A stretch of 40,625 nt of DNA from Octopus sinensis (GCF_006345805.1 NW_021835358.1:1-40625), one strand, 5' to 3'; numbered from the stretch's first letter, positions 1 to 12,269 are shown. Notes: generated from the letters alone by a model not told the origin. Numbers and translations are program-made.

Positions 1-56
1 ATATACATACATATATATATACATATATATACATACCATATACATACATACATAAA

Positions 57-1066
57 TGATATTACTGATACCATCAAACACAGTAAGATCAGAACCTCGC
101 TGATGACTCCAAGCTCCAGAAGGTCATCAATGGCGTGGATGACCGAATAAACCTTCAGTCAGACCTACTGGCTGTTGTCCAATGGGCGGAAAAGAATAAC
201 ATGTTGCTAAATGAAGACAAATTTGAACTGATCCACTTGGAAGGCAGGACGCTCTGAAACTCCCATACTCTCTTCCTTCTGGAGAATTCTCATGGCATCC
301 AACAACATCAGAGACCTGGGAGTAACAGTGGACAACAACATAAGCTGGGCTACACATATAAGCAGCAAAGTTGACATGGCCCGCAGAATGTGTTCCTGGA
401 TTCTCAGAACCTTCCATTCGAGGATTCCCACACTATTATCCTCTCTTCTCCACTTTTGCCCGACCCCACCTTGAATACTGCTGTCCACTGTGGTCTCCCT
501 ACACAAAACAAAATATTATGAGAATTGAAGCTCCCCAAAGGTCAATCACAAAAAAGATAGATGGCATGTCAGACCTTGACTACTGGGGTAGACTAGAGAA
601 GCTGAAATTGTATTCACTCCAACGACGCCGTGTGAACGCTACATTATCTGTATGATGTGGAAAATATTCCACCAGCACTGTCCGAATGATGTTGGCATCA
701 CCTTCAAAATGCATCCAAGGCTTGGACCACGTGCCATCCGTCCACAACAAAATCTAAATCACATCACATAACGACAATACGGCACAACTATTTCACCTCA
801 ATTGGACCTGCTCTCTTCAACATTACACCAGGGCACGTCAAAAAGAAACTGACCACACAAAATTCAAGAAGTCTTTGGACAAATTCCTTCAAAAGTACCG
901 GACAAACCACCCACACCCGGATATGTCCGCAAACATAAACTCTCTGCTCGAATGGGCCTTGGTGCCCAAATCCTGAACTGAAAGACTTCACCAGGTGGTG
1001 CTATTAAGTTAGACATGGCCTGGGCCAATACTGGCCAAAACCTTTCTAAGTTATTCTAAGTTAAGT
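57..1066 (+). mobile_element. 5'-truncated, frameshifted CR1-like (Jockey-group) LINE 3' fragment
   Basis: RT C-terminal peptides in shifting frames: ADDSKL, LGVTVDNNISWATHI, RPHLEYCCPLWSPY, YWGRLEKLKLYSLQRRR. Ends in a short TTCTAAG/TTAAG repeat tail. Confidence 0.85.
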
Positions 1067-1097
1067 TATATAGAAGTAAATATATATATAGAAGTAA

Positions 1098-1151
<54 letters not shown>

Positions 1152-1180
1152 GTAATATATATATATATATTATATATATG
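1067..1180. repeat. (TA)n microsatellite with AGAAGTAA interruptions
   Basis: Direct reading of the sequence. Confidence 0.9.
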
Positions 1181-1187
1181 TATGTAT

Positions 1188-2058
1188 TTTTACGCCGCAT
1201 ACAAGGGCCTTCCGATGCCACCACGGGTCCTCACGCTGGGAACAGCTGCTTGCGATGGCGACGGCGCTCAGTAAGCCAGAAATCCACTTCAAAAGCTGGG
1301 GGGGGGGGGCAGCGAACGCAGCTAGGAGACAAGAATAACAACAAAAGAATGAGACACACACAGCGTTGCCTAATCAAGAAAGTTTCTTTTTTTTAACAAA
1401 AGCATTCATCAACAAAGGTTAACAAACATTAACAGCGTGAACAATTCTTTTTTTAACTGAGTTCGATTCTTCAAAACATTTAACATTATACAACACAATA
1501 CAGAGTTATTTCCCCTTCTTTTAACACAATTAACAGTTCTCTTTTCTTTCTTTTCTCTTCTCTCTCTTTTCTTTTCAATGGTAGACGTTAGAGTTTTTTT
1601 TAACATTCATTTCTCAAAGCTCTCTTTTCTTTTCTTTCCAACAGTCTTTCTCTTTTTTTTTTAAACATTTACAAGTTCTTTTTCTTCTTTTGTATTCAAC
1701 AGTTAACAGGGTCTTTTTTTTAAACATTTAACAACACATCGTTTCTCTTTTTTTTTACATTTAAATAACAGTTTAAAAATACTAAAGCATTACCATCTGC
1801 AACATTTTCTTAATCCTAACCTCTGCTACTACACAACTCGCCGGTTGCACAATTGTCATCTCTCTCACTGACCGTCTCTCGTCCCCCGTCATTTCCAACT
1901 GACCGCCTCTCATCCCCGTCATCTCTCTAAATGATCGCCTGTCTCTCTCAGACCACGTCTACCCTCTTGTCCGGTCCTCCGCTGACTGCCATGGCCACTC
2001 AGCGCTACCCGTATATATAACGCCGTCAGCCAGAAAGAGAGACATATTGTACAACAGT
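1188..2058. mobile_element. Unclassified CpG-rich interspersed repeat, possibly a solo-LTR-like element
   Basis: Colinear similarity to 19817-20850 (GCGATG.CGA...GCTCAGT...AATCCAC...GGCAGCGAAC...GGAGA..ACAACA, then a TTAACA/pyrimidine block, then CTACTAC). Ends ...TACAACA. No coding evidence. Confidence 0.4.
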
Positions 2059-2282
2059 GTGTATTTCCCTTGTTTTCTTTAAACTCTCTGTGACCGTCGA
2101 GGGCAGAGATCAAGTGCCTACGGCCATTAATAACCGTGCTCCTTGACAGGACAAAGGAAATCACACTGACTTGAACAACTGGAGCACCGGTTCGATTGCA
2201 ACTAATGGAACAAGGGGTATAATGTTTTTTTGTTCGTCTACATTATTTTTGCGTTTGTAACAGTATGTATATATAAATGTAT

Positions 2283-2324
<42 letters not shown>

Positions 2325-2419
2325 GTGTGTATAAATAAATAAATTATATATATATATATGTGTGTGTGTATGTATGTATAATATATAAATTAGCGAAAAA
2401 ACCACTATTATGCAATTCA

Positions 2420-3960
2420 AACAATGTTAGACACAAACCAAATCATAAATAAAAAATATATTTTTTTTATAAAACATATAACTAGATCACAAAAAGTATA
2501 AAAATGAATAATCAATATATAATAAGTAAAAAAACTACGTATGTTTCATGGTTATAATTAAATTCAAATTACAATTAAATTTAAATTTAATCGAAAATCA
2601 ATTCAATTTAAAATTATCGTCACTCTTCAGGTTAACAATAATAGTTGAATAAATAAGCAAATAGAGTTAAACAATATTTATTAAAAAAATAAAATAATAA
2701 TTTTTTCTTATAAAAGAAACTCCGTTAACTAAATTTGAAACTTAAAATATTAGGATCCGTTTCCTAATAATACGTTTATTATGTTAAATATTTAAGGTAA
2801 AAAAATAGAGTAAATAGATAGAAAAATGTATTTATCTGTGAAGATATAATTTAGCTTAATAAAAAACATTAATAAACTATAGAATATCTTTAACCTAGTT
2901 ATACTCTAATATTTAATTACCAAACTATTTTACAAAACAATCACTCTTAATTTTAGTTTTAGTTCACATATAATAATTATAAAATAATAAATATATAAAA
3001 ATAAGTATCTAAATTATAATCAACAAATATAGTAATTAGAAATCTATATTTTTTCTATCAATAAACATATAAACAATAAATAAATTAGTCCATAAATATT
3101 ATAGATATCTTTCGAAAATATTTATGAAATATAAAATACGAATTGAAAAATTCCAAAGTAAAAACCTATAACTTATCTTTATAAAATACTCATTATTACT
3201 ATTATTATTAAATGTAATAGTACTAGAAATATAATAAGACTAGAAATATAATAAGAAACTTTTAGTTAAATTAAAACATTCTTACGATCTAGATCCCAAA
3301 GTGACTAACTAATCTTAAAATTTACGTTCAGATATAATAATTATAAAATAATAATAATTAAATAAATGTACATATCTAAATTATCATTAACAAACAAAAA
3401 TTATAAATTCATATTTAACATTCAATACTTATATAGAGTACAATAATATTTCTTAAATAAAAAAAAGTTTACTTATTTCTCCAAAAGGCATATTATTAAC
3501 TTTACTTGTGAATTACATTGCTTAAAGAAATAGAACAAACAGATGGAAATATACATTTTATCAATGGAAACTACAAATATATTTTAGCTTTAACAGAAAA
3601 AGAGAATAAAATCTCTAAGAGAGAATAAAATCATTATACACTAGAATATCATTCATTAGAAAACTAAAATTTAGAATTAACTATGATAAAATATACTCAA
3701 ATCACCATATAGTAAAATTAATTTATATAACTACAATTTACTGTATATTCTCTAATACTCTTATACAAATTTATTTGTTTCATATAAATATGGTTACACT
3801 GGAGCCCAACCTTTATTCAAACAAAACAACTTTTAGACCCATTTTATATAAACTCAGTACTAAATTCAATCAGTATCATTATAACCACTAATTTAATAAA
3901 CTTAAGTTAATTTAAAAACTATAATGTAATTAATAGCCATTAATAAATTACATTAGCGTT
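2420..3960 (-). mobile_element. Highly degraded, AT-drifted Penelope-like 3' fragment
   Basis: Minus-strand remnants IKVG...MKQI (~3770-3815) and S*SLWDL (~3290-3310) resemble the PLE linker and GIY-YIG C-terminus. An HHR-like motif lies at the 3' end (2533-2633). Confidence 0.4.
2533..2633 (-). ncRNA. Type I hammerhead-like motif
   Basis: Minus strand: AAC-CUGAAGA-GUG...(long AT-rich insert)...CAU-GAAAC-AUAC-GUA-GUU. Confidence 0.55.
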
Positions 3961-4015
3961 TATAAATTACTTGTGAATTACGTTGCTTAAAGAAATAGAA
4001 CAAACAGATGGAAAT

Positions 4016-4321
4016 ACGTAAAAAGCACCATCCGTTCGTGTCCGTTGCCAGCCTCGCCTGGCCCCCGTGCCGGTGGCACATAAAAAGCACCATCTGTTCA
4101 TGGCCGTTTGCCAGCTCTGTCTGGCACCTGTGCGGGTGGCACGTAAAAAGCACCCACTACACTCACGGAGTGGTTGGCGTTAGGAAGGGCATCCAGCCGT
4201 AGAAACACTGCCAGATCTGTAGGCCTGATGAAGCCTTCCGGCTTCACAGACCCCAGTTGAACCGTCCAACCCATGCTAGCATGGAAAACGAACGCTAAAC
4301 GATGATGATGATGATGATGAT
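4016..4321 (+). mobile_element. RTE LINE 3'UTR/tail fragment
   Basis: ACGTAAAAAGCACC repeats, CACTACACTCACGGAGTGGTTGGCGTTAGGAAGGGCATCCAG, CCATGCTAGCATGG and a (GAT)7 tail. The same 3' end follows RTE RT coding sequence at 13 kb, 23 kb and 38 kb. Confidence 0.85.
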
Positions 4322-4437
4322 TAATTAATTAAACATCTAAATAAATCTAATTCGAAATATATAATACAAAGTCAAATTGACTAATATATTAAAAAATTAT
4401 TGCAAACCATAAACTAGACTATCATTTATAACAAATA

Positions 4438-5080
4438 TCTATATATATATAAAACTCAACTTGTGTGTCTGTGTGTGTGTCTGTGTGTTTAACTTCCCGG
4501 CATATCTCCTCCTAGCCAACAAATCGTAGAACCACCAAAAATGGCTCACTTAAAGTTTAGGCGAATGAAAATTGAACTGCACTATTTCTGTTCTGAAATT
4601 CATCTCGTAAGTGCAAAAATCGATAATGTGTTTGTTTTGGTCTTATCCCATGCATTGAATAGTGAACTTTACTCAGTCAGCTGTTTGACGTGAACTGCGT
4701 TCACCACGCATGCAAGCATGCGTAAATTGCATGAAAAATAAAAAATTAAGATATAAAAACGAATCGCTGTAAACATTGTAGAAATTTGGGAAAGAAATGA
4801 ATTTTCGGGATGTAGCCTGGAGGGTTTTTTCGTATTAATCGTTTGGACTTTGTGAACACATACCAATTGTTTTCATAATATTTTTAACGCTTTGAATTAA
4901 ATGTGACCATTTTGTGTTGAGTCTGCAGTTTGAATCACTTTAACCAAATTTTAGCAGGCCAGATGTTTGATCATCACGATACATTGCCAGCGACTCCCTG
5001 AAACTCTCCCCTGAAATATATGTATATATACTCTTTTACTTGTTTCAGTCATTTTGACTGTGGCCGGGTCATAGTGCTAG
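4438..5080 (+). mobile_element. Non-autonomous Helitron-like element
   Basis: Boundaries A|TC (4437|4438) and CTAG|T (5080|5081), with (TG)n near the 5' end and no TSD. The subterminal hairpin is disrupted by a CR1-type tail fragment at 5031-5066. Confidence 0.55.
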
Positions 5081-5084
5081 TATA

Positions 5085-7457
5085 TTATATATCAAATTAA
5101 TATTCAAAAAAATCCTAATAAATTAAACTTATATAAGTAAAGTAATTTATATTTAGATCAAATACTTCGCTCATTAATTGAATAAATAAAGTACATATTA
5201 TAAATAAATAGTACATAAAGATAAAATTTTTACTACATATTCAAAATTATTTAATGTTACTAAAACTATTTCTCCCCAAAATACTTAATACTATTAATTT
5301 TAGTACACATATAATAATAATAACAATATCAACAACAAAATAACAACAAAATAATGAAATAACTATCTTTTAATCTATATTCATTAACTAAATTATATAC
5401 TTAGTAATTAAATAAACATCAAAACATAATCTAATTCTAAGTATGTAAAAAACCTTTACTAATTCTTATTGACTTATATTCAAAACCCCCTACAAAACTA
5501 CAACCACAACACTACTATAATTAATTTATTCATTTAATAATAAATACTTAATTTAGACTTATTTAACTATGTAATATACAATATATAATCACATGCTAAA
5601 TTATAGAATTAATACTAGTTACAAATTATAACTACAAATTAGAAACAAATATAGGGTTTAAATATACTCACTATTTATCTAAAAATTTATTATATGAGTA
5701 AAGTAATTTGTGTCTACATTTAATTTTATGCCCGTCCAATGAATTAACAAATTTATTATGATTATTAAATATTATTTCTTTAAATTCACTAGAACATAAT
5801 AAACAGGAATTACTACCTATACTATATGATTTCGCCTTGCAAACTATCTCCCACTTTAAATTATACTTAATTCGTTGAGATTTAAGTTCCCATATATATT
5901 TACTAAGCCCAGTAGAGTTCATAAGATTTCTATTCTTAAAGGAATGCATATGCTGAGCTACTCTTAATTTAATTTTAGGAGCAGCAAACCCTGTATAGAT
6001 AGCGTTGAAGTTATTATTATTCCTATTATTCTCATAAATTAAAGTAATGATACATTTATAAACATCATGTAAATTACATTTATTATTAAATTTACAATTA
6101 TTTTTATCTCTACATGTATAATCAATGAGAACGTTATCTTTATTATTATTGGTATCATTATAAAATTACTTTTTATAAAAATTATTCAACTTAAATTTAT
6201 TAAAAGAAGAAATAATATTACTTACATTATTAGTGGTAGAATAACCAACTCCAAAATTATTACTAGAGAAAATTTTTTTATACTTACGATTATCATAAAT
6301 GAATTGTTCAATAATGTTTAAAATCTCTTTAATGATATTAGTTTTAAGGAACAATTAACCAAATTTTATTCCTATTATTTATATTTTTATTATTATTATT
6401 ATTATAATTTACACTATTTTTATTAATAATACTATTATAATTATTATTATTACTATTATTATCATTATTATTATTATCATCATCATCATCATCATCATCA
6501 TCATTATTATTATTATTATTATTATTATTAAAGAATTTAATATTATTATTATATCCTGCCTCTCGGAGAGCTTCATTATAATAAGGTGCATGTTTATTGA
6601 AAATCTCTAAATCATAAGAAAGTAATGATATTTGTTTACTAATATTATTTATCAACAATTTTTTAATTGAGGGTGGGTGATTACTATTAGCATTTATATA
6701 TCTAAGGTTTTCATTAAATTTATGATATGGTTCAGTTTTACCCGTTATTAAATTAAAATTAACATCTAAATAATTTACATTATAGTTCTCATTATAATAT
6801 AGTAATACTTAAATCATATCTTTTAAAGAAACGATATAGTTTCTTCTTATATAATTCTAGTTTTCTATTTGTGCAATTCTTAGTAATTAATAAAAGGTCA
6901 TCCCTATATAAACCACCCTCTAATTTTAGATTTTCTAATTGAAGTTCAGATAATAAATAAATACCTACTAAATCCATAGCTTTTGCAGAATCGGGTGCCC
7001 CCATAGGTTTATCAAAATAGTCCCTAGTATCCTTCCTAGTCCATAATTTATTATTGTATCTAATAAACGATTTCCTAGCCATTTTAGTTACATTACCTTC
7101 ATCATAAGTCATTCCTACCTTATCCATTGCATATATTAGGGCCTTATTAAACACAATTTCATTAATAGAAGAGTAATAATTATCTATATCTATTTGAATA
7201 AATTTATATCGATTTTTTTCTTTAATATTATGAAACCAATTTAGAGTATTATTATTACTAGTCCATAAATTTAGGTAGTTTAGTTTATTGAATTTATTAA
7301 TATATTTATCCAATATTAATTTACTCAATTTACCAAGGTCTGATTTACATAGGCAAATTAATCTAACTTTAGAGTCTGAATAAAATTTATTCTTATGGTC
7401 TTTCAAAGTAATTCTAGGGTGCATAGGTACATAAGGTTCCTTATAACCTACATAAGG
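5085..7457 (-). mobile_element. Penelope-like element, left arm (5'-truncated RT plus GIY-YIG, broken ORF)
   Basis: PRITLKDHK...RLIC, IQIDIDNYYSSI, PMGAPDS, GGLYRDD (ORF 6792-7517). ISKQISLLS..IFNKHAPYYNEALREAGY. GVGYST. IYTG..KLRVAQH and STGLSKYIWELK...CLLC...KCRH (ORF 5671-5949). Confidence 0.92.
6385..6530. repeat. Compound (ATT)n/(ATC)n trinucleotide microsatellite inside the PLE linker
   Basis: Direct reading; encodes poly-N/poly-D in the PLE frame. Confidence 0.9.
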
Positions 7458-7476
7458 TTGTAGGCTATACCTACAA

Positions 7477-9600
7477 ATGAAGACAGAACCACTTGATCCT
7501 AAGCAACCTCGGTTCACTTTGAAAGATCACAAACAAAATTTTTTTAATAACCCATCATTAAGGCTTATCTGCCCTTCTAGCTCTGACATTGGTGTCCTTA
7601 GTAAAAGTATACTAGATAAATATGTTCCTAATTTAATTTAATTAAAACTTAGTTTATGGTCTAATTCATTTCAAGTAGTTGACTGGTTTAGTTCTATTAC
7701 TAATAAGAGGATTACTAAGTTTATCCAGTTTGACATTTCCAATTTTTATTCATCTATCATCCCAATAGTACTTAATAAGGCACTTTGGCTTGCTCATAAC
7801 AAAGCTGGTCTCACCTGAGAAGAAGTTAATGTTGTGTTGGCAGCCAGAAGATCTATTATAAAATTTGATAATAAGACACACCAGATAGCTTTGATGTTAC
7901 AATGGGAAGTTCTTATTCAGCACAAATAGCTGATTTAGTCTGTATATATATATACTTTTTGAAATGGCAGAACAGTTCCCTAACATTAATGGAGGTCTAT
8001 ATCGTGATGATTGTTTACTTTACCTCCGAAATGTTTCCAACCAAAAGATACAAAAAGTTAAGAATAGTTTAGTTAAATTTTTCCGAAGAATGGGCTTCAA
8101 GCATCGTTTTTGATGATGATATGACAATGGCCAACTTTTTCGATATTATGCTTAACTTACACAATGACTCTTACTTCCCATATCATAAACTATTGACCAA
8201 TTCTGGGGCAATTACTAAGAACTTAGTTAAGACTATTTCATTTAGATTATCTAAGTTATCTGCTAATGTTGACATTTTCAATGTTAACACTGAATTTTAT
8301 AACTTTGCCTTAATTAAAGCAGGTTATACAGAGAAAATTTTCTACATTGATTCTATTCAGTCTTATTCTAACTTCAATAATGTAGATATGAAATCTAATT
8401 GTAAAGGAATTATCGATAACAAACATAACTTATGCACTGATACAAAGCGGAGGAAGGGAGATAACCCTTATTTAATCCCCTATTATCATTCTAAAAGTAA
8501 ATGTAAGACTTTCAAAAATAATTACACTAAAAATAAGATAAATAGTAGTAAAAATATTTTGTTCATTCTTCCATACGGGAGGCAAATTAAATCTAATCTC
8601 CCATTGCAATTTCGTCAAGCTATTGTTAGGAATTTTCCAAAGAATTCTAGGTATTACTCTATTATCAATTCACATACGGTTAGGATTGGGTTTTCCAACT
8701 CAAAAAATCTCTTACAAATTATCTCTTCACAACCTGTTAAATATTAATACATTTACTAATACTAAGATTAATTTAGCTAATACCATCCATCCCTCTAGAA
8801 ATATTAATAATAAGGTTATTGTATCTGAAGTCAATTCCAACAGAATTAAATTTATGTCAAGTAACTCTAAAATTTAAAATTCTATGTACCAGTGTATAAT
8901 CAATACTCGTAATAAAGTATGATTTTACATTGGAAGCACATCGTTAGAGTTATCTAAAAGAATTTCTATCCATTACTCAACATTTAGGGATAGAAATAAA
9001 TGTAATAGTACCGGTCTCAGCAAACTGATTTGGGATCTAAAAGACCACAATGAACAATTTAATTTAGAATGGTTGATTCTCTCAATCTCGATACTTTATC
9101 ACAAAAGCAAGGAATTCTGTCTTCTCTGTAATTCTGAACTATTTTTCATTATTTTTTCTAAAAATCCCCTAGTAAACATGCTTATAGAGCATGCATACCA
9201 ATGTAAGCATTGGCAAAAACACACCTTTAGTGCATATAAGTAATCTCTATCATTATATATAATTTAAACATTAATTTCCTTTATATTTAACATTCACTAT
9301 TAATATCCCTACTCTTTCTGTAAGCTACTTCTGACTTTATATCATATAACGTTTTTCAAACAATATTAATAGTGTTCAGTAAATCACTATACATATCCAT
9401 CATTTTTTGCTAAAATGTCTTATTGACAAGTTTCATTTCTTCACTTCTCTGAAGAGAAGATTACATTGCTTTACACCATTTATTCCTTTGGTATAATATC
9501 AGTGAAATCTTAGAAACATGTGTCGGAAGTAAAAGTATTTGAATTATACCTGCGTTAAACTCAATTTATTTATTTATATATCATACATAAAATTCCAAAC
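7477..9600 (+). mobile_element. Penelope-like element, right arm (5'-truncated RT plus GIY-YIG plus 3' HHR, several stops and frameshifts)
   Basis: MKTEPLDPKQPRFTLKDHK...RLICP, IQFDISNFYSSI, MGSSYS, GGLYRDDC, ORF 8121-8747, and SMY...FYIGST...KRI...STGLSKLIWDLK...CLLC...CKH (8881-9243). 3'UTR contains an HHR. Confidence 0.92.
9443..9530 (+). ncRNA. Type I hammerhead ribozyme motif at the PLE 3' end
   Basis: Stem I ACUUCU/GGAAGU; CUGAAGA 9449-9455; stem II AAGAUU/AAUCUU; GAAA 9513-9516; helix III AC-AUGU-GU; GUC triplet 9522-9524. Confidence 0.75.
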
Positions 9601-9654
9601 AAATCAAAACAAATCAACCCCAGGACATTTTTTATGCTTAGTACCAATTCTATC

Positions 9655-9840
9655 AATCCCTTTTTGCTGAAATGCTAAGTTATGGGGATGTAAACACACT
9701 AACACCAGTCGTCAAGTGGCAGTGAGAGACAATCACTGACACAAAGATACACACACACACACACATGCGTATACAATGGTGTTCTTTCAGTTTCCATCTA
9801 CCAAATCCACTCACAAGGCTTTGGTTATAGTAGAAGACAG
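9655..9840 (-). mobile_element. tRNA-derived SINE, 3' part only
   Basis: TTCTTTCAGTTTCCATCTACCAAATCCACTCACAAGGCTTTGG...TATAGTAGAAGACA matches the SINE body at 15228-15383. The head is missing. Confidence 0.7.
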
Positions 9841-12170
9841 TTATCCTGTCTTGAATTCCTCCGTTATTGCCTGGAGGACTATGATAAATAGGAGGGGGCT
9901 GAGTACTGAGCCTTGGTGGACCCCTACCTCTACCCGGAATTCTTCACTGTACTCGTTGCCAACCCTCACCCTACTAGCAGCGTCCCTATACATGGCCCGC
10001 ACAGCTCTCACTAACCATTCATCTATCCCTAGTTTCCTCATTGCCCACCAGATAAGGGATCGGGGGACCCTGTCGAAGGCTTTCTCCATGTCAACAAAAG
10101 CCAGGTACAGGGGTTTATCTTTGGCTAGGTATTTCTCCTGCAGCTGCCTTACCAGGAATATAGCATCAGTAGTACTTTTCCCTGGCACAAACCCAAACTG
10201 CATCTCATCTAAACTAACTCTCTCTCTCTGATTAGTTGGGCTATGACCCTCTCCGTAACCTTCATCACCTGATCCAACAGCTTGATACCTCTGTAGTTAT
10301 TTGTATCTAGGGCGTCACCTTTACCTTTGTAGCAGTTGACTATTATGCTGCTACACCAGTCATTGGGTATGACTCCTTTGTGTATCACCTGATTAACTAT
10401 ACGGGTGACTAGGCTATAGCCGACACTACCAGACATTTTGAGCATCTCTGCAGTGATTCCTGATGGGCCTGGAGCTTTTCCTGTCTTCATGCTTCTAATT
10501 GCCTTAGCTACCACGGAACTATCAACTCGGATAGTTGATATTCGGCAGACTCTCTTTATCCCATTCATTTTCTTTATTCAGCAACCTTTCATAGTGGCAT
10601 CTCCAAACCTCTCTCTTTGCATCCTCATTTAGCGCAAGTGAACCATCTTCCATGCGAACACACTTCTCTCCTACCACATCATGATTCTCTCTCACACACT
10701 GTCTTGCAACGCGAAACACCTCCAGTCTTTGGTCCTCACGGTGCAGAACATTGGCAAATTTTTTCTTATCTGCTTCCCCTCTGGCTAAATAAACCTGTCT
10801 CCTAGCTTCTCTTTTGGCAGTCTGATACAATTCCCTGCTACCCCCATTTTTCCAGACCTTCCAAGCCTGTCTCTTTTCTCTAATAGCCCTGTCTACAATA
10901 TCGTTCCACCACCACGTTATTCTAGGTCGAGAGGGGACTTTGCACCAGCCACAGATCTGGTCAGTGGCTCTCAGCAGGTTGTCCCTTAGAAACGTCCAGC
11001 TGTCTTCTACCCCCTGTGATGCTCTATCCCCTTCTACTTCATCAGAGGCTTCAAGTAATATGTCCCTAAATCTCTGTCCATTTGCAGGATCTTTAAGCTT
11101 CCAGATCCTTCTTCTCCATATTGGTTGTCTTCTGGTTGTCCTCCTAGTTCTGATCCTAAAGTCACTAACTACCAGTCTATGTTGTGGGGTACATTCTTCA
11201 CCTGGGAAGGTTTTGGCATTTATAAGCAGCCATCTCTCCCTTTGCCTTGCAAGGATGTAGTTAATTTGGCTGGTATGTTGGTTAGTGTTGCAAATCATAA
11301 GATTATTTGCATCGCAGAACTCCAGCAGCCTGGTTCCCTCCTCGTTTCGGGAGCCATAGCCATAGCCTCCATGTACGCCATGGAAGCCCCCAGCATGTCG
11401 TCCAACGTGACCATTGAAGTCACCAGCCACAAAGATAAGGTCTCTGTCGTTCGTCAACGAGGTAGTCTGCAGTAGAGTGTCATAGAATCGGTCTTTCTGT
11501 CCATCGGGTAGCCCCGACTGAGGAGCATAGGCTGATATAATGGTTGCTAAACTATGATGAAGCACTAATCTAATCTTAAGTATTCTGTCACATACTCTGA
11601 TTACCTCAATTACTTTATCTACCCATTTCTCAGCGATAAGTATACCCACGCCACCAACCCCGTCAGTGTTCCCTGCCCAGAAAATCTTGTACCTGCGTTC
11701 CTTGCCTGTGAGGAACCTAGCTGATCCTCCTCTTCACCTTATTTCTTGCATGCAACATATATCCACACATCTCCGTTCAAGCATCTCGACTATCTCACCA
11801 GACCTACCTTTCAGAGTGCCAACGTTGAGGGTGCCAACCCTGAGGGTGTGGGAGGCATGGGCTCTAGAGACCCTGGGACGGTGGACAGTAGCTTCGTTTA
11901 CCTGAAAAGAAAGCTCGCATTTGGCAGAATTCATGTGCAAGTAATGAAGTAGTAAAGTAGCCTTCAGTACAACCTGCATAACACTAGCCTTTCATATTTT
12001 GCACTGTATGAACATTACCTTACATAGGTCGAGACTAGGGGTAGGGATGGTGAGAGCATTTGCAGTCTTCATGGGAAGCAACCCCGGAATTGCAAAGAAT
12101 AGGAACTTCTGGCATGTGTGGTGGGGGTGGGCGGACGGGTGCACCGTAGTTTAGTAAGAGGTTCTATTAA
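9841..12170 (-). mobile_element. RTE LINE 5' half (APE endonuclease plus RT N-terminus), 3'-truncated, frameshifted
   Basis: LRVGTLNVGTL...CCMQEIR; ISAYAPQ; GDFNGHVG; GKAPGPSGI; NYRGIKLL; QFGFVPGKSTTDAIF; FVDMEKAFDRVPR; GVHQGSVLSPLLF. Stops just before the expected YADD. Confidence 0.95.
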
Positions 12171-12269
12171 TCGGAGCTAGCAAATGGGTTTGAGAAATCA
12201 GAGGGAATAATCATTATTGATAACTAAATAACATCGTAGCTTAGTAAGGTTCTGAGCTAGCAAATGGGT

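Noticed and set aside
100-106. CTGATGA motif
   Set aside because: It encodes the ADD motif of the CR1 RT.
4225-4250. CTGATGA followed by a hairpin, resembling a hammerhead
   Set aside because: No downstream GAAA/NUH. It is the RTE 3' stem-loop region and reads CTGGTGCAG in other copies.
5085-5400. Expected hammerhead at the 3' end of the left PLE arm
   Set aside because: Only fragments are visible (TTAATGA, GAATATGTAG), and not in a foldable order.
9776-11952. Plus-strand ORFs (e.g. 9776-10231, 10940-11260, 11125-11475)
   Set aside because: Antisense shadows of the RTE coding sequence.
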